Below, piece by piece: positions 47,898 to 59,251 of a stretch of DNA of 64,000 bases. The first letter of the stretch is position 1. Every line of letters starts with the position of its first letter. A program made the translations under genes and the position numbers. This DNA is from Halarcobacter sp. GTDB taxonomy: Bacteria; Campylobacterota; Campylobacteria; Campylobacterales; Arcobacteraceae. Under the pieces are notes generated by a model that ran no database searches, was not told where the DNA came from, and worked only from the letters and a program-made list of their open reading frames with translations. The stretch lies in the NCBI GenBank assembly GCA_963676565.1, contig OY781089.1, positions 1,792,001-1,856,000 on the forward strand. Reading direction: 5' to 3'.

Positions 47898-48563
47898 ATG
47901 AAAATTTTACTTTTAGAAGACGATTATATATATAACGAAAGTGTTACAGAATATTTAGAAGAGATTGGATATGAAGTTGATAGCTTCTATGATGGAGAAT
48001 CAGCTTTAGATGCTTTAGTTGAAAATAAATATTATTTAGCAATACTTGATATAAAGGTGCCAAAATTAAATGGTCACGAGGTTATTAGATATCTAAAAGA
48101 TATAGGTAATGATACTCCAATTATAATAACAACTTCGCTAGTTGATATTGATAATATTACAATTGGTTATCAACTAGGTTGTAATGATTATCTTAAAAAA
48201 CCCTATGAACTAAAAGAATTGGAATTAAGAATTAATAGTTTAATTAGTACTAAATATAATACTGCAGAGAATTCTTTGTGTAATTTAATGAATGAATATA
48301 CATTTAGTTTGCAAAATGGAACATTGAAATTAAAAGACAAAGAGATAGATTTAACTTTAAAAGAAAAAGAGTTAGTTGAGTTTTTAGTTAGTAATGCAAA
48401 CTGTTTTTGTGATATGGAAACAATTAGAGAAAATGTTTGGGAAGGGAAAGAGATTCATTATGCTGATATTAGAATGTATATTAGAAAAATTAGAATTAAA
48501 ACCCATAAAGATTTTATTATATCCTCTAGGGGATTAGGATACAAAATTGAAGCAACAAAATGA
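47898..48563 (+). CDS. OmpR-family response regulator
   Basis: LLEDD, LDIKVP, DYLKKP, winged helix ending RGLGY. Confidence 0.93.
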   Translation: MKILLLEDDYIYNESVTEYLEEIGYEVDSFYDGESALDALVENKYYLAILDIKVPKLNGHEVIRYLKDIGNDTPIIITTSLVDIDNITIGYQLGCNDYLKKPYELKELELRINSLISTKYNTAENSLCNLMNEYTFSLQNGTLKLKDKEIDLTLKEKELVEFLVSNANCFCDMETIRENVWEGKEIHYADIRMYIRKIRIKTHKDFIISSRGLGYKIEATK

Positions 48564-49713
48564 TGAGAAAAAATATGCTTATATTTATACCTTGTTATTG
48601 ATGGTATTATTTACTATACCAGTTTATTTTGCTTTATCTTATGCCTATGAAAATGAATTGATTTTAAAAGAGATGTCATTGGAAAAATATTCCAATGATC
48701 TAGAAAATCAAATTTACTCCGAAAAAATTAACTTAACAAGAAGTGTCAAAATAAGATATGCTTTTTTAAATAAAATGGGAGAGGAACAACTTTATGATTT
48801 ATCAAAGGACTTAGAAAATTATGATTTTAAAACCTTTGTTGATTATCCATATTTCTATTATAAAAAACATGTAAACAAAAATATTTATGGCATATCAACT
48901 ATAATTTGTGAAACAAAAATTGATTACTCAAAGGTTATTTTACTTGCAACAATTTTGTTTTTCTCTGTTCTTATTAATATTATATTATTAAATAGAAGTA
49001 TTATTAGAAATATATCAAAACCCTATGAATTAGTTCAAAGATATACAAATATACTATTTAACGACACAATGCATGAATTAAAAACTCCCCTTGGAATAAT
49101 AAATTTAAATTTAGATTTACTAGTTAGGAAAAATGGAGAGAATAAACATATAAATAGAATGAAAATTGCATTAAAGCAAATACAAATCAATTATGAATCT
49201 ATTGAATATTATATTAAAAATCATAAGGTTAAATATTCAAAGGACAAAATAAACCTTTCTGAATATCTCTTAACAAGAGTTGATTTTTTTGAAGATATTG
49301 CTAAATCAAAATTTATGGCAATAGAAACTAATATAGAAAATGAAATATTTATCTATATGAATCTTTTAGAACTTCAAAGAATCATAGACAATACAATTAT
49401 AAATGCAATTAAATATTCTAAACCACAAAGTAAAATAGAAGTTTCTCTTAAATCGGAGTTTGATACTTGTTTTCTAACAATTAAAGATTATGGTTACGGA
49501 ATAAAAGATACAAAAAGTGTTTTTCAAAGATTCACAAGAGAGGATCAAACTCAAGGGGGTTTTGGTTTAGGTTTAAATATTATAAAAACTATTTGTGACA
49601 AAAATGGTATTGAAGTTAAGTTAGAATCAAAAGAGGATGTTGGCTCAAGTTTCACCTATGAAATTGAAATTTATAAAGAAAAGTTTTTGGATAGGTTAGA
49701 AGATGGACAATAA
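48547..49713 (+). CDS. Sensor histidine kinase
   Basis: Two TM segments, HELKTPL, NAIKYS, DYGYGI, GFGLGL. Confidence 0.93.
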   Translation: MKQQNDEKKYAYIYTLLLMVLFTIPVYFALSYAYENELILKEMSLEKYSNDLENQIYSEKINLTRSVKIRYAFLNKMGEEQLYDLSKDLENYDFKTFVDYPYFYYKKHVNKNIYGISTIICETKIDYSKVILLATILFFSVLINIILLNRSIIRNISKPYELVQRYTNILFNDTMHELKTPLGIINLNLDLLVRKNGENKHINRMKIALKQIQINYESIEYYIKNHKVKYSKDKINLSEYLLTRVDFFEDIAKSKFMAIETNIENEIFIYMNLLELQRIIDNTIINAIKYSKPQSKIEVSLKSEFDTCFLTIKDYGYGIKDTKSVFQRFTREDQTQGGFGLGLNIIKTICDKNGIEVKLESKEDVGSSFTYEIEIYKEKFLDRLEDGQ

Positions 49714-50521
49714 GAATTTTTTTAAAATTACACTATTTGTTGTATTTAGTTGTATTACTTTAATTTGGGTATTTGATAATTATTTAACAACTCAAAAACA
49801 AGAGAAAATTGAGATAAGAATAGACTCATATCTAAAGGAGTTAACTGATTTAGTAGATAAGAATAAAAATCTTGTGATGACAGCTTCAGTTTTACTTTCA
49901 AAGGATGAAAGTATAAAAAGATGTTTAAGAACAAAGGAACAATGTAATTGTTTAAAATATCTTAGTAAATCGAAGGAATCATTGCTAAATACTTATCTTT
50001 TTGATGATTTTAAAATCCACGTTCATGATAAGGATTTAAATAGTTTTTATAGACTTTGGGATCCAAATAGAGAAAATGATTCCTTAGACTCCTTTAGACA
50101 CTCTTTAAAAATTGTAAAAAAACATAAAACTCCTATCTCATGTATCGAGATTGGAAGATTCTCTATGCTTATTAGAGGAATCTCACCAGTTATTGATGAT
50201 GGCAAGTATTTAGGTTCAATTGAAGCAATAACTAACTTTAATTCTTTAATAGAGGAGTTTGAACAAAAAGGGGTGAAATTATATATTCTTATGAATAGAG
50301 AGTATCAATCTGTCGCCTCAAAAGTTGAGTTTTCAAAGGAACAAGAACTTAGAGACTTTGTACTTTTAAATAAAACAAATGAAGATATAAGTTTTTTAAA
50401 TGATGTAGATTTTAATGGAACACAATATCATAAAATGGGCTATTATTATATAGTAAACACACCAATTTATGATATCTCTAGGCAGGTGATAGGTTATTAT
50501 GTTTTAAAAGTTTATTTATGA
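49703..50521 (+). CDS. Stand-alone membrane-anchored Cache-type sensor protein
   Basis: One N-terminal TM; KIHVHD..SFYRLW..DSL..FR, EIGR..IRGISP..YLGSIE; no output domain. Confidence 0.7.
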   Translation: MDNKNFFKITLFVVFSCITLIWVFDNYLTTQKQEKIEIRIDSYLKELTDLVDKNKNLVMTASVLLSKDESIKRCLRTKEQCNCLKYLSKSKESLLNTYLFDDFKIHVHDKDLNSFYRLWDPNRENDSLDSFRHSLKIVKKHKTPISCIEIGRFSMLIRGISPVIDDGKYLGSIEAITNFNSLIEEFEQKGVKLYILMNREYQSVASKVEFSKEQELRDFVLLNKTNEDISFLNDVDFNGTQYHKMGYYYIVNTPIYDISRQVIGYYVLKVYL

Positions 50522-51435
50522 TTTTTGATAATCTTTTTAACTTCATCTAGAAGTTCAACTGAAGCATCAATTTCAGCTTTTCTAATTGCAACACTTTCAA
50601 TATTACAACCAATAGGAATCCCTTTTTTAAGTCCAAAGGTATATAACTCTTCAAAAATATCTTTTGATAATTTTACTGAGTCTTGTAAAATATCACCTGA
50701 TTCTTTTAATTCCTCTTCTAAATAGTTGGGTACATTTATCCCTAGCCATTTCATAAAATCTAAAGTTTTTGCACTTCCACAAGGTGTGAGTGTAAAAATT
50801 ATAGGTACAAGTTCAAGTGAGTTTTCTTTTGCATATTTTACATAGTCAGTTAAAAAAGTTTTTGCTGCATGAACATCATAAACACATTGTGTAATAAAAT
50901 ATTCACAGCCAGATTTTTGTTTAGATACAACTCTAGTATGTTCATTATGTTTTGACATGTGTCTCTCAGGGATTGCAATTCCTCCAAGACAGAGATTATT
51001 ATTAACTTCCCTTTTTAAAGAGTAGGCTTCTTTTAAAGTTAAAGGGTTTTTTTGTTCATGGGAAGCAGCCCCAACAAATACAGAGTGAACTTGATTTTGT
51101 CTAGTAAATTCTAACCATTTTGAAAAGGTTTCCGTTGTGTAGTTACCAACAGCCCTGTAGACAATTCTAGGTGTTTTTAGTTCTTGTAAATAATTATGTG
51201 AATATTCACATGGGTCTAAGGTTTTAATAAAAGGGAAAGGTCTTTCTTCATCAGTTCTTTCTGATTCATCTTGAATATCATATAAAACCAATCCATCTAC
51301 ATCTAATTTAGAAATTCTATCAACATGCCTTGAAGCAATCTCTTTTATCTCTTCTTGAGTATGTTTTACTTTTGGAGGAGTGATTCCATAAAGAACTATA
51401 CCACTTTGTTTATTTCTAATTTTTTCCGTTAACAT
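50512..51435 (-). CDS. Methylenetetrahydrofolate reductase-like FAD oxidoreductase
   Basis: YGITPPK, YDIQDE..RPFPF, IPERH, YFITQCVYD, KWLG. Confidence 0.75.
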   Translation of the reverse strand: MLTEKIRNKQSGIVLYGITPPKVKHTQEEIKEIASRHVDRISKLDVDGLVLYDIQDESERTDEERPFPFIKTLDPCEYSHNYLQELKTPRIVYRAVGNYTTETFSKWLEFTRQNQVHSVFVGAASHEQKNPLTLKEAYSLKREVNNNLCLGGIAIPERHMSKHNEHTRVVSKQKSGCEYFITQCVYDVHAAKTFLTDYVKYAKENSLELVPIIFTLTPCGSAKTLDFMKWLGINVPNYLEEELKESGDILQDSVKLSKDIFEELYTFGLKKGIPIGCNIESVAIRKAEIDASVELLDEVKKIIKNHK

Positions 51436-51475
51436 TAAAAACCTTGAGCTATTTAATAATTTTTTTGTATTTTAC

Positions 51476-52288
51476 TTAATACAACTTGTAATAAACATAA
51501 ATTTTTACTTTTGTTTTTGTTTTAGGTCTAGGATAATCTTTATATGCAATCTCAATTGTTTCAATTGTATTTTTATCTAAACTTGTATAGCCTGAAGAGT
51601 TTGAAAGTTTTAAATCACTAATATCTCCATTTGGATGTAAAAAAAATTCAACTATGTTCATCCCTTGTTGACCTGTTCTTATGGCAATTCTTGGATATTT
51701 TAAATATTTTTGAGTAATTCTACCAATATTTTTTAAGTTTTTTTGTAAATAAACCTTTTGAACCTTTGTAAAAGAGTTGTATTCTTCCCCATAAAGTCTT
51801 AAATAGCTTTTTGTTATATCATCTAACATATTTTTATCAAGGGGTACTGGCTCTGCTAATAAAAAGTTTTCCAAAGATTTTTTAGGAATTGTTTTTCTTT
51901 TTTCTTGGGGTTTTATTTCAACTTTTTTAGGAATTTGTTTTATAGGTGTAGGTTTTACTTCAACTTTTTTTACTGGCTTAGGAATGATTTTTTTTGCTTC
52001 TTTAGTAATAGGCTTTTTTTGTTGAGGTACTATTTTTTTCTTATCAACTACTTTATAATTTTTAGGTTTTGTCTTTTTTACCTCTGGTTTTTTTATCTCT
52101 TTTTTTGTTTGTTTTTCAACTGGTTTTTGAACTTTTTTTGGCATTAACTTTACATAGTTTATTGATGATTTATTTATTTTTTTTGATGTAGATGCACTTT
52201 GTTTAATCTCTTCTTTTTTTTCTAAGGAAGAAAAGAATAAAAAATGTAAAGAAAGTGATAAAATAAAGGCAAGTATAATAAGTTTCAT
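51476..52288 (-). CDS. tonB: Energy transducer TonB
   Basis: N-terminal TM with SLSLH, Lys/Pro-rich linker, YPRIA..GQQG, SSG..LD. Confidence 0.88.
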   Translation of the reverse strand: MKLIILAFILSLSLHFLFFSSLEKKEEIKQSASTSKKINKSSINYVKLMPKKVQKPVEKQTKKEIKKPEVKKTKPKNYKVVDKKKIVPQQKKPITKEAKKIIPKPVKKVEVKPTPIKQIPKKVEIKPQEKRKTIPKKSLENFLLAEPVPLDKNMLDDITKSYLRLYGEEYNSFTKVQKVYLQKNLKNIGRITQKYLKYPRIAIRTGQQGMNIVEFFLHPNGDISDLKLSNSSGYTSLDKNTIETIEIAYKDYPRPKTKTKVKIYVYYKLY

Positions 52289-52341
52289 ACTCCTATTATA
52301 GTAGAATGTTGCTTTTAAAATATATAGATATAGGACCGATA

Positions 52342-53625
52342 ATGTTTGAAAAATCAATCAATGCATATGAAGAAGCAAAACAAGTTATACCTGGGGGTGT
52401 TGATTCTCCAGTAAGAGCATTTACAAGTGTAGGTGGAACACCTCCTTTTATTGACAGAGGTGAGGGTGCATATTTAATTGATATAGATGGAAATAAGTAT
52501 TTAGATTTTGTACAAAGCTGGGGTCCATTAATTTTTGGACATTGTAATGAAGAGATTGAAAAAGCTGTAATTGAAACAGTAAAAAAAGGTTTATCTTTTG
52601 GTGCACCAAGTGTTTTAGAGACTGAACTTGCATCAGAAATTGTTGAGATGTACGATCACATTGATAAAGTTAGATTTGTAAGTTCTGGTACTGAAGCAAC
52701 TATGTCAGCTATTAGATTAGCAAGAGGTGTAACTGGAAGAAATGATATTATCAAATTTGTTGGAAACTACCATGGACATTCAGATTCATTATTAGTTCAA
52801 GCTGGATCAGGTTTAGCAACTTTTGGAACACCAAGTTCTCCAGGAGTTCCTGCTGATTTAACAAAACATACAATAGTTTGTGAATATAACAATCTCGAAG
52901 ATTTAAGAAAATGTTTTGAACAATCAAATGACATCGCTTGTGTTATTATGGAACCAATTGCTGGAAATATGGGATTAGTTCCTGCTTCAGCAGAGTTTTT
53001 AAAAGAGTGCAGAGAACTTTGTGATAAAAATGGAACATTATTGATTTTAGATGAAGTTATGACAGGGTTCAGAACTTCTTTAACTGGAGCACATGGACTA
53101 ATTGATGTTAAAGGTGATATTATTACTTTTGGTAAAGTTATTGGTGCAGGTATGCCTGTTGGTGCCTTTGCCGCTTCAAAAGAGATTATGGGACATTTAA
53201 GTCCAGAGGGAGCAGTTTATCAAGCAGGTACATTAAGTGGGAATCCAGTTGCCATGGCAGCAGGTTTAACAAGTCTTAGAAAGCTTAAAGCTAATCCAGA
53301 GATTTATGAAGAGTTAAATAAAAAAGCTGTTAGATTAACAAGTGGATTAAAAAAAGTAGCAGAAAATAATGGTATTGGTTTACAAGTTGATACTAGAGGT
53401 TCTATGTTTGGTTTCTTCTTTGCTGATAAAATGCCTACAAACTTTAAAGAAGTAAGTGAATATTGTGATTTTGATAGATTCTGTAAATTCCACCATGAGA
53501 TGATTAAAAGAGGTTTTTACTTTGCTTGTTCACAATATGAAGCAGGTTTTATGTGTACTGTAATTACTGATGAAATGATTGATGAGTGTATTGCAGCTGC
53601 AAATGAAGTGATGAAAGATTTATAA
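52342..53625 (+). CDS. hemL: Glutamate-1-semialdehyde 2,1-aminomutase
   Basis: [42 protein letters not shown]. Confidence 0.97.
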   Translation: MFEKSINAYEEAKQVIPGGVDSPVRAFTSVGGTPPFIDRGEGAYLIDIDGNKYLDFVQSWGPLIFGHCNEEIEKAVIETVKKGLSFGAPSVLETELASEIVEMYDHIDKVRFVSSGTEATMSAIRLARGVTGRNDIIKFVGNYHGHSDSLLVQAGSGLATFGTPSSPGVPADLTKHTIVCEYNNLEDLRKCFEQSNDIACVIMEPIAGNMGLVPASAEFLKECRELCDKNGTLLILDEVMTGFRTSLTGAHGLIDVKGDIITFGKVIGAGMPVGAFAASKEIMGHLSPEGAVYQAGTLSGNPVAMAAGLTSLRKLKANPEIYEELNKKAVRLTSGLKKVAENNGIGLQVDTRGSMFGFFFADKMPTNFKEVSEYCDFDRFCKFHHEMIKRGFYFACSQYEAGFMCTVITDEMIDECIAAANEVMKDL

Positions 53626-53649
53626 AGATAGGGAAGGGGATATTTCAAG

Positions 53650-53970
53650 ATGGAACATTTAATTGAAAAAAACGTTGATTTGTTAAAAAAAGCAAACATA
53701 TACTTTGATGGAAGAGTTACAAGTAGAAATTATACTGACAATGAAGGTGTAATTAAATCTTTAGGTGTGATGTTACCAGGTGAATATACTTTTGGTACAA
53801 AAGCAGCAGAAAAAATGGAAATTATTTCAGGAAAAGTTGAAGTTTTATTTGCAGGAGTAGAGAGTAATTGGGAAAGATTCGAAGAGGGTGATACTTTTGA
53901 AGTACCTGCTAACTCTTCTTTTGAAATAAAAGTTGAAGAGATTACAGATTATTTATGTACTTACATGTAA
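53650..53970 (+). CDS. ppnP: Pyrimidine/purine nucleoside phosphorylase (DUF1255)
   Basis: KANIYFDGRVTSR, LGVMLPGEYTFGT, YLC. Confidence 0.88.
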   Translation: MEHLIEKNVDLLKKANIYFDGRVTSRNYTDNEGVIKSLGVMLPGEYTFGTKAAEKMEIISGKVEVLFAGVESNWERFEEGDTFEVPANSSFEIKVEEITDYLCTYM

Positions 53971-53981
53971 GATAGGAAAAA

Positions 53982-54290
53982 ATGGAAAATAAACAAGAAA
54001 AAGTAGTACCAAAACATAGAGGTAAGCTTGAAGCTTTAGATAACCTTTCTTTAGGGATTTCTATTGTTGCGGCTATTGCAATTGGTTTTGGAATTGGATA
54101 TGGTCTAAAAACATGGACAGGTTATACATGGACTTTATGGTTAGGTATATTTTGGGGTATTGCAGCAGCAGGTTTAAATATCTATAAGGCATATAAAAGA
54201 GCTCAAAAACAATTTGAGGGAATGGAAAATGACCCAAGATATGCCCATAGAGCAAAATATGGGGATAAGTCTTACGACGAAGATGAATAA
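53982..54290 (+). CDS. AtpZ/AtpI-family small membrane protein
   Basis: LSLGISIV..G.GIGYG..LGIFWGIAAA. Confidence 0.8.
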   Translation: MENKQEKVVPKHRGKLEALDNLSLGISIVAAIAIGFGIGYGLKTWTGYTWTLWLGIFWGIAAAGLNIYKAYKRAQKQFEGMENDPRYAHRAKYGDKSYDEDE

Positions 54291-54846
54291 AAAAGAGATT
54301 TTAAATTTTGCAAAGGTTTTTTTTATTGTTGACCTTTGCATTATTATTTATGTATTACTAGCTTATGATAAGATTTGGGTTTTAAATACTCAAGTAGCTT
54401 TCTTAGGCTCTTTGTTTGTAACTTTAGCTTCATATTTTTCATATCAAAGAAATATAAAAAATAGATTATCTAATTTTGATTCTTCAGATGAAAAAAAAAT
54501 ATTAGATGATAGAGACAAGGTTGATGAGATAGATGATCCTTTTGATTTATATTCTGAAGATGTAGAGCCTATTGCTGAAGAGGATTTAACCCCTGAAAAG
54601 ATTAAAGAGATTATCAAAGAAGAGAAATCAAAAGTAAAAAAGAACTCATTAAAAAATACAGTGTTTTCTGCAGGTGGATTTATTTCTATTTATAGAATAT
54701 TTGGTTACGGGTTTTTAATATTTGGATTTTTTGCTTTAAATAACAATAAGATATTTTTACCAATCCCATTTTTAGTGGGATTAGCAATTGTTCCAATATC
54801 AGTTTTATTAGCTAAGTTTACTCTGAGATTAATGGAAGATCAATAG
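54283..54846 (+). CDS. Four-TM hypothetical membrane protein (AtpI-like partner)
   Basis: Overlaps the atpZ-like stop; DEIDDPFDLY loop; likely start ATG 54283. Confidence 0.6.
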   Translation: MNKKEILNFAKVFFIVDLCIIIYVLLAYDKIWVLNTQVAFLGSLFVTLASYFSYQRNIKNRLSNFDSSDEKKILDDRDKVDEIDDPFDLYSEDVEPIAEEDLTPEKIKEIIKEEKSKVKKNSLKNTVFSAGGFISIYRIFGYGFLIFGFFALNNNKIFLPIPFLVGLAIVPISVLLAKFTLRLMEDQ

Positions 54847-55504
54847 TTATCTTGTCTTCATCTTTTGTAACTATAAATGATGCATTTTCATCTTTATAGT
54901 TAAAGTTTTCAGTAGAACATTTAGTACTTGAAAATACTTCTACACTAATTATAGAGTGTTTCTTACCCTCTAGTCTAATATATTCCCCAATTTTAAGAAT
55001 TACAGATGTTGTTAACATCTCTGATTCTTGAAAGTTATCGTAAATAAGATTTAATGCCTTAATAAACTCACTTGCATTAATCTTAAATTCTGGAATAGAA
55101 GGGTCATAGTTTTTAATAAACTTTGCATTAGATTTAATTTTTTTAGTTGAGATAGCTAAATCAACTAGAGTAAAAATATTTGTGATATTTGTGTTTTTTG
55201 TACTTAATTCTGAGTCTTTTTTAACCATTGCACTTTTGTAAAGTTTCATATGAATTTCATCTTCATTTTCGTACTTTACAGTAATAGCATAAAAAGAATA
55301 GTTTTTTAAACTCAAATCAAAGTATGTTGTTTCGATTCCAAAAGTTTTTGGAGCATGCTTTAGAGTTAAATCAAAAAGCTCTTTTTGCTTAATACGGCTA
55401 AGCAAAAATTGAGCTTCTTGATTTGAATAAGTGATTTTACCATTTGATGAAAATGATATTATAGGATTTAAATCTATTTCGACCCAATCTTCATAAAAAT
55501 TCAT
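54818..55504 (-). CDS. PAS + degenerate HATPase protein (NtrB-like remnant)
   Basis: PAS-like NPIISFSSNGKITYSNQEAQFLL; KNYDPSIPEF; no H-box or G-boxes; 3 nt after the rpoD stop. Confidence 0.55.
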   Translation of the reverse strand: MNFYEDWVEIDLNPIISFSSNGKITYSNQEAQFLLSRIKQKELFDLTLKHAPKTFGIETTYFDLSLKNYSFYAITVKYENEDEIHMKLYKSAMVKKDSELSTKNTNITNIFTLVDLAISTKKIKSNAKFIKNYDPSIPEFKINASEFIKALNLIYDNFQESEMLTTSVILKIGEYIRLEGKKHSIISVEVFSSTKCSTENFNYKDENASFIVTKDEDKITIDLPLISE

Positions 55505-55507
55505 CTA

Positions 55508-57361
55508 TTAACTTTCTACATAATTTTTTAAGTTTTTACCAACTTTTGGATGCTTCAATTTCTTAATAGCACTTGATTCAATTTGTCTTACTCTTTCTCT
55601 TGTTACAGAAAGTTCTTTTCCAATCTCTTCAAGTGTTCTATCAGATGCATCATCCATAAGTCCAAATCTCATTCTAACAACAGCCTGTTCTCTTTCATTT
55701 AATTGTGCAAGAATTTGATCAATTTGTCCTTGTAAATCCTCTTTCATAATGTTATCAACTGGTGTTGGAGCTTTTTCATCAGGAACAAAGTCCCCAAATT
55801 TACCATCATCATCAGAACCAATCGGTGCTTCAAGTGATACAGGCTCTTTTGTAATTTTGATTACTTGTTTAACTTTATCAACAGGTAAAGCTACTTCTTT
55901 TGCAATCTCATCTACATCTGGCTCTTTACCATTTTCTTGAATACCTTTTCTAATGATTTTATTAATTCTATTAATAGTTTCAATCATATGAATTGGAATT
56001 CTAATAGTTCTTGCTTGGTCAGCAATTGCTCTTGAAATTGCCTGTCTAATCCACCATGTTGCATAAGTAGAGAATTTATAACCTTTTTTATACTCAAACT
56101 TATCAACTGCTTTCATAAGACCAATATTACCCTCTTGAATTAAATCTAGGAATGGTAAACCTCTATTTGTATATCTTTTTGCAATAGATACAACAAGTCT
56201 AAGGTTTGATTTAGCCATTCTAGTTTTAGCCTCATCAGTAATTTTTTTACCTCTTTTAATTTGTTCTAAAACATCTTTTAATTCTTCTGGTTCTAAATCA
56301 AAGCCACCTTTAGATGCTTCTGCTGTTTGGAAAAGTTTTTTAATCTCCATATAAGTAGAAACCATAGTTGCTTCTGGAACCATTGAAGTAATTTGTACTT
56401 TAGATAAATTGATGATATTATCTAAAATCTTTTGGTGATTTTTTAATAAAATATCATTAAATAAAGGTAATTTATACTCTAGTTTTTTTAATTCAGTTTC
56501 AAAACCAGTATCTGATTTAAGTGCAGTCTCCATAGCTTTTACAATTTCTGTAATAAGTTTTGAAGTTGGACCTAAGTCTAATAATGCTTCTTTTAAAACT
56601 TTTTTCTTAAATGCAACTGCTAAATTAAATTGCATTACATCTACTTCATCATCAGAAGCAGCTGATTCTTTAGCTTGAAATTTTAACCAATCTTTTTTTG
56701 CTTTTTCCAAAACTTTGAAAGCAGCAATAATAGTTTCAGCTCTTTTATCAAGTTTTTTTATTTTAGGTGTATCTTCATCTTCTTCTAATTCTTCATCTTC
56801 TTCAACTTCATCCTCTGAATCATCATTATCTGAATCCTCATCATCAAAGTTTCTGAAAAGCTCTTTTACTTTTCTTTCTCTATTTACTAATGGTTCTCTA
56901 TACTCAAGAATAAAATCTATTAAGTAAGGAACATAACAAATAGCATCAAGAATTACATCTTCACCCATTTCTATTTTTTTAGAGATTTCTATTTCTTCCT
57001 CTTTTGTTAATAAAGGAATCTGTCCCATTTCTCTAAGGTACATTCTAACCGGAGAATCAGATCTTGACCATTCTAAAAGCTCTTTATTTTTTAAAAGGTC
57101 AAATACATCTTCATCATTGTCTTTTAACTTGTTTCTTAAATCTTCTTTTTTCTTAGCCTCTTCAGCATTCATTCTTTTTGCTTGTTCTTGACCAGTAATA
57201 AGTGTTACATTATATAATTGAACAAGTGCAATAAGTTTTTTGATATTTGCTGATGTAGGAGCTTTTGGAAAGATTTTAATAAGTTTTTCATATGTAAGTA
57301 TTGAGTCTTTGTATTCTTTTACAATAATCTCAATATCTTTATTTAAATCTTTTACGCTCAT
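55508..57361 (-). CDS. rpoD: RNA polymerase primary sigma factor
   Basis: DSPVRMYLREMG, NLRLVVSIAKRY, DLIQEGNIGL, KFSTYATWWIRQAI, TRERVRQIE; likely start ATG 57361. Confidence 0.98.
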   Translation of the reverse strand: MSVKDLNKDIEIIVKEYKDSILTYEKLIKIFPKAPTSANIKKLIALVQLYNVTLITGQEQAKRMNAEEAKKKEDLRNKLKDNDEDVFDLLKNKELLEWSRSDSPVRMYLREMGQIPLLTKEEEIEISKKIEMGEDVILDAICYVPYLIDFILEYREPLVNRERKVKELFRNFDDEDSDNDDSEDEVEEDEELEEDEDTPKIKKLDKRAETIIAAFKVLEKAKKDWLKFQAKESAASDDEVDVMQFNLAVAFKKKVLKEALLDLGPTSKLITEIVKAMETALKSDTGFETELKKLEYKLPLFNDILLKNHQKILDNIINLSKVQITSMVPEATMVSTYMEIKKLFQTAEASKGGFDLEPEELKDVLEQIKRGKKITDEAKTRMAKSNLRLVVSIAKRYTNRGLPFLDLIQEGNIGLMKAVDKFEYKKGYKFSTYATWWIRQAISRAIADQARTIRIPIHMIETINRINKIIRKGIQENGKEPDVDEIAKEVALPVDKVKQVIKITKEPVSLEAPIGSDDDGKFGDFVPDEKAPTPVDNIMKEDLQGQIDQILAQLNEREQAVVRMRFGLMDDASDRTLEEIGKELSVTRERVRQIESSAIKKLKHPKVGKNLKNYVES

Positions 57362-57578
57362 ATACGGAAGTTCCTCGTTTGTTTTGAAAGATAAGGCATG
57401 TATTATACCGAAATTATTTAAAAAGTTCATTAATTCATTCTATTTAATCTATTATTTTTAAACTTTTGGATAAAATGCAAGACTTTAGAAAATTTCTAAA
57501 TTAGAAAAAAAGTAAAAAATTTAGAGTAATACTAGAATTTAAAAGTCTACTTAATAGACTATTTTAAGGAAAATTAAT

Positions 57579-58079
57579 ATGAACGAAATTACTGGAAAAG
57601 TATGGAACTTTGGAGCAAATATAGATACTGATGTTATTATTGCTGCTAGATATTTAAATAGTTCTGACCCTGAACACTTAGCAAAATATGTTATGGAAGA
57701 TGCAGATCCTGATTTCCCAAAAAAGTTACAAAAGGGTGATATTATAGTTGCTGGAGAGAACTTTGGATGTGGATCAAGTAGAGAACATGCCCCAATCGCG
57801 CTTAAAGCTGCTGGAGTAGCTGCAGTTGTAGCACCATCTTTTGCAAGAATTTTTTATAGAAATGCATTTAATATGGGATTACCAATTTTTGAATTACCTG
57901 AATCTTTAGAGATTAAAGAAGGTGAAGAGATTTCAATTAATCTTGATGAAGGAATTATTACAAACAATACAACTAATAAAACATATAAATTTATTCCAAT
58001 TCCTCCATTTATGCAAGAATTAATTGCAACTGGTGGATTAATTAACTATGCAAAAGCTGAAATGGGAGTTAATAAATAA
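57579..58079 (+). CDS. leuD: 3-isopropylmalate dehydratase small subunit
   Basis: [28 protein letters not shown]. Confidence 0.95.
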   Translation: MNEITGKVWNFGANIDTDVIIAARYLNSSDPEHLAKYVMEDADPDFPKKLQKGDIIVAGENFGCGSSREHAPIALKAAGVAAVVAPSFARIFYRNAFNMGLPIFELPESLEIKEGEEISINLDEGIITNNTTNKTYKFIPIPPFMQELIATGGLINYAKAEMGVNK

Positions 58080-59146
58080 TGAAAAAATATGATATTTCAA
58101 TTATCAAAGGTGATGGGATTGGTCCAGAGATTGTAGATGAAGCAATTAAAGTTTTAGATGCTGTTTCTTATTCTTGTGGATTTTCTTTAGAGTATAAAGA
58201 ATATTTAATGGGTGGTATTGCTATTGACGAAACAGGAACTCCACTTCCTCAAGAAACTATTGATGGAGTATTAAATTCAGATGCTTGTTTATTTGGAGCA
58301 ATTGGTGGAGAAAAATGGGATACTTTACCAAGAGAATTAAGACCTGAAACAGGACTTTTAAAGTTCAGAGAAGCAATGGAAGTTTATGCAAACTTAAGAC
58401 CTGCAATTATTTATGATGAGTTAGTAAATGCTTCAACACTTAAACCTGAGGTTATAGAAGGTGTTGATATTATGATTGTAAGAGAACTTATTGGTGGTAT
58501 CTATTTTGGAAAACCAAGGGAAAATGATGGATTCAAAGCATTTAATACTATGGTTTATACTAAACCTGAGATTGAAAGAATTGGTAAACAAGCATTTGAA
58601 CTAGCAATGAAAAGAGATAAAAGAGTTTGTTCTGTTGATAAAGCTAATGTTTTAGAAGTTTCTCAATTATGGAGAGACACAATGGAAGAGATAGCAAAAG
58701 ATTATCCAGAAGTTGAACTTTCTCATATGTATGTTGATAATGCTGCAATGCAACTTGTAAGAAATCCTAAACAATTTGATGTTATTGTAACTGGAAATAT
58801 TTTTGGAGATATTCTTTCTGATACAGCTTCTATGGTTGTTGGTTCTATTGGATTATTACCATCTGCTTCAACAGGTGATAAAACAGCAATATATGAGCCA
58901 ATCCATGGCTCTGCTCCTGATATTGCAGGACAAGGTATCGCAAATCCAATTGCAACTATTGAAAGTGCAGGAATGATGTTAAGATACTCTTTAGGTGAAA
59001 TAGAAGCTGCTGATAAAATTGATGCTGCTATTAAAAAAGCACTTAAAGATGGATATAGAACAAAAGATTTAGCTGCCTTTGATGCTAAAGAGGTTGTTAC
59101 AACTTCTGAAATGGGTGATATTATCGCTAATAATATTAATCAATAA
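58079..59146 (+). CDS. leuB: 3-isopropylmalate dehydrogenase
   Basis: [41 protein letters not shown]. Confidence 0.97.
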   Translation: MKKYDISIIKGDGIGPEIVDEAIKVLDAVSYSCGFSLEYKEYLMGGIAIDETGTPLPQETIDGVLNSDACLFGAIGGEKWDTLPRELRPETGLLKFREAMEVYANLRPAIIYDELVNASTLKPEVIEGVDIMIVRELIGGIYFGKPRENDGFKAFNTMVYTKPEIERIGKQAFELAMKRDKRVCSVDKANVLEVSQLWRDTMEEIAKDYPEVELSHMYVDNAAMQLVRNPKQFDVIVTGNIFGDILSDTASMVVGSIGLLPSASTGDKTAIYEPIHGSAPDIAGQGIANPIATIESAGMMLRYSLGEIEAADKIDAAIKKALKDGYRTKDLAAFDAKEVVTTSEMGDIIANNINQ

Positions 59147-59147
59147 T

Positions 59148-59172
59148 AAAAAAGGCTCTTTTGAGCCTTTTT
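59148..59172 (+). terminator. Intrinsic terminator after leuB
   Basis: AAAAAAGGCTC-TTTT-GAGCCTTTTTT. Confidence 0.85.
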
Positions 59173-59251
59173 CACTTTTCTCTCAACTTACTAAAAAATA
59201 ATGAGTTTTATGATAAACTCTCTACTACTTTTAAATTAGGATGTTTTATAA

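Noticed and set aside
53982..54846. atpZ/atpI-like genes away from the atp operon
   Set aside because: Split ATP synthase loci are usual in Campylobacterota.
57579..59146. leuD-leuB without leuC
   Set aside because: No leuC remnant nearby; a dispersed leuC is unremarkable and cannot be judged from this window.
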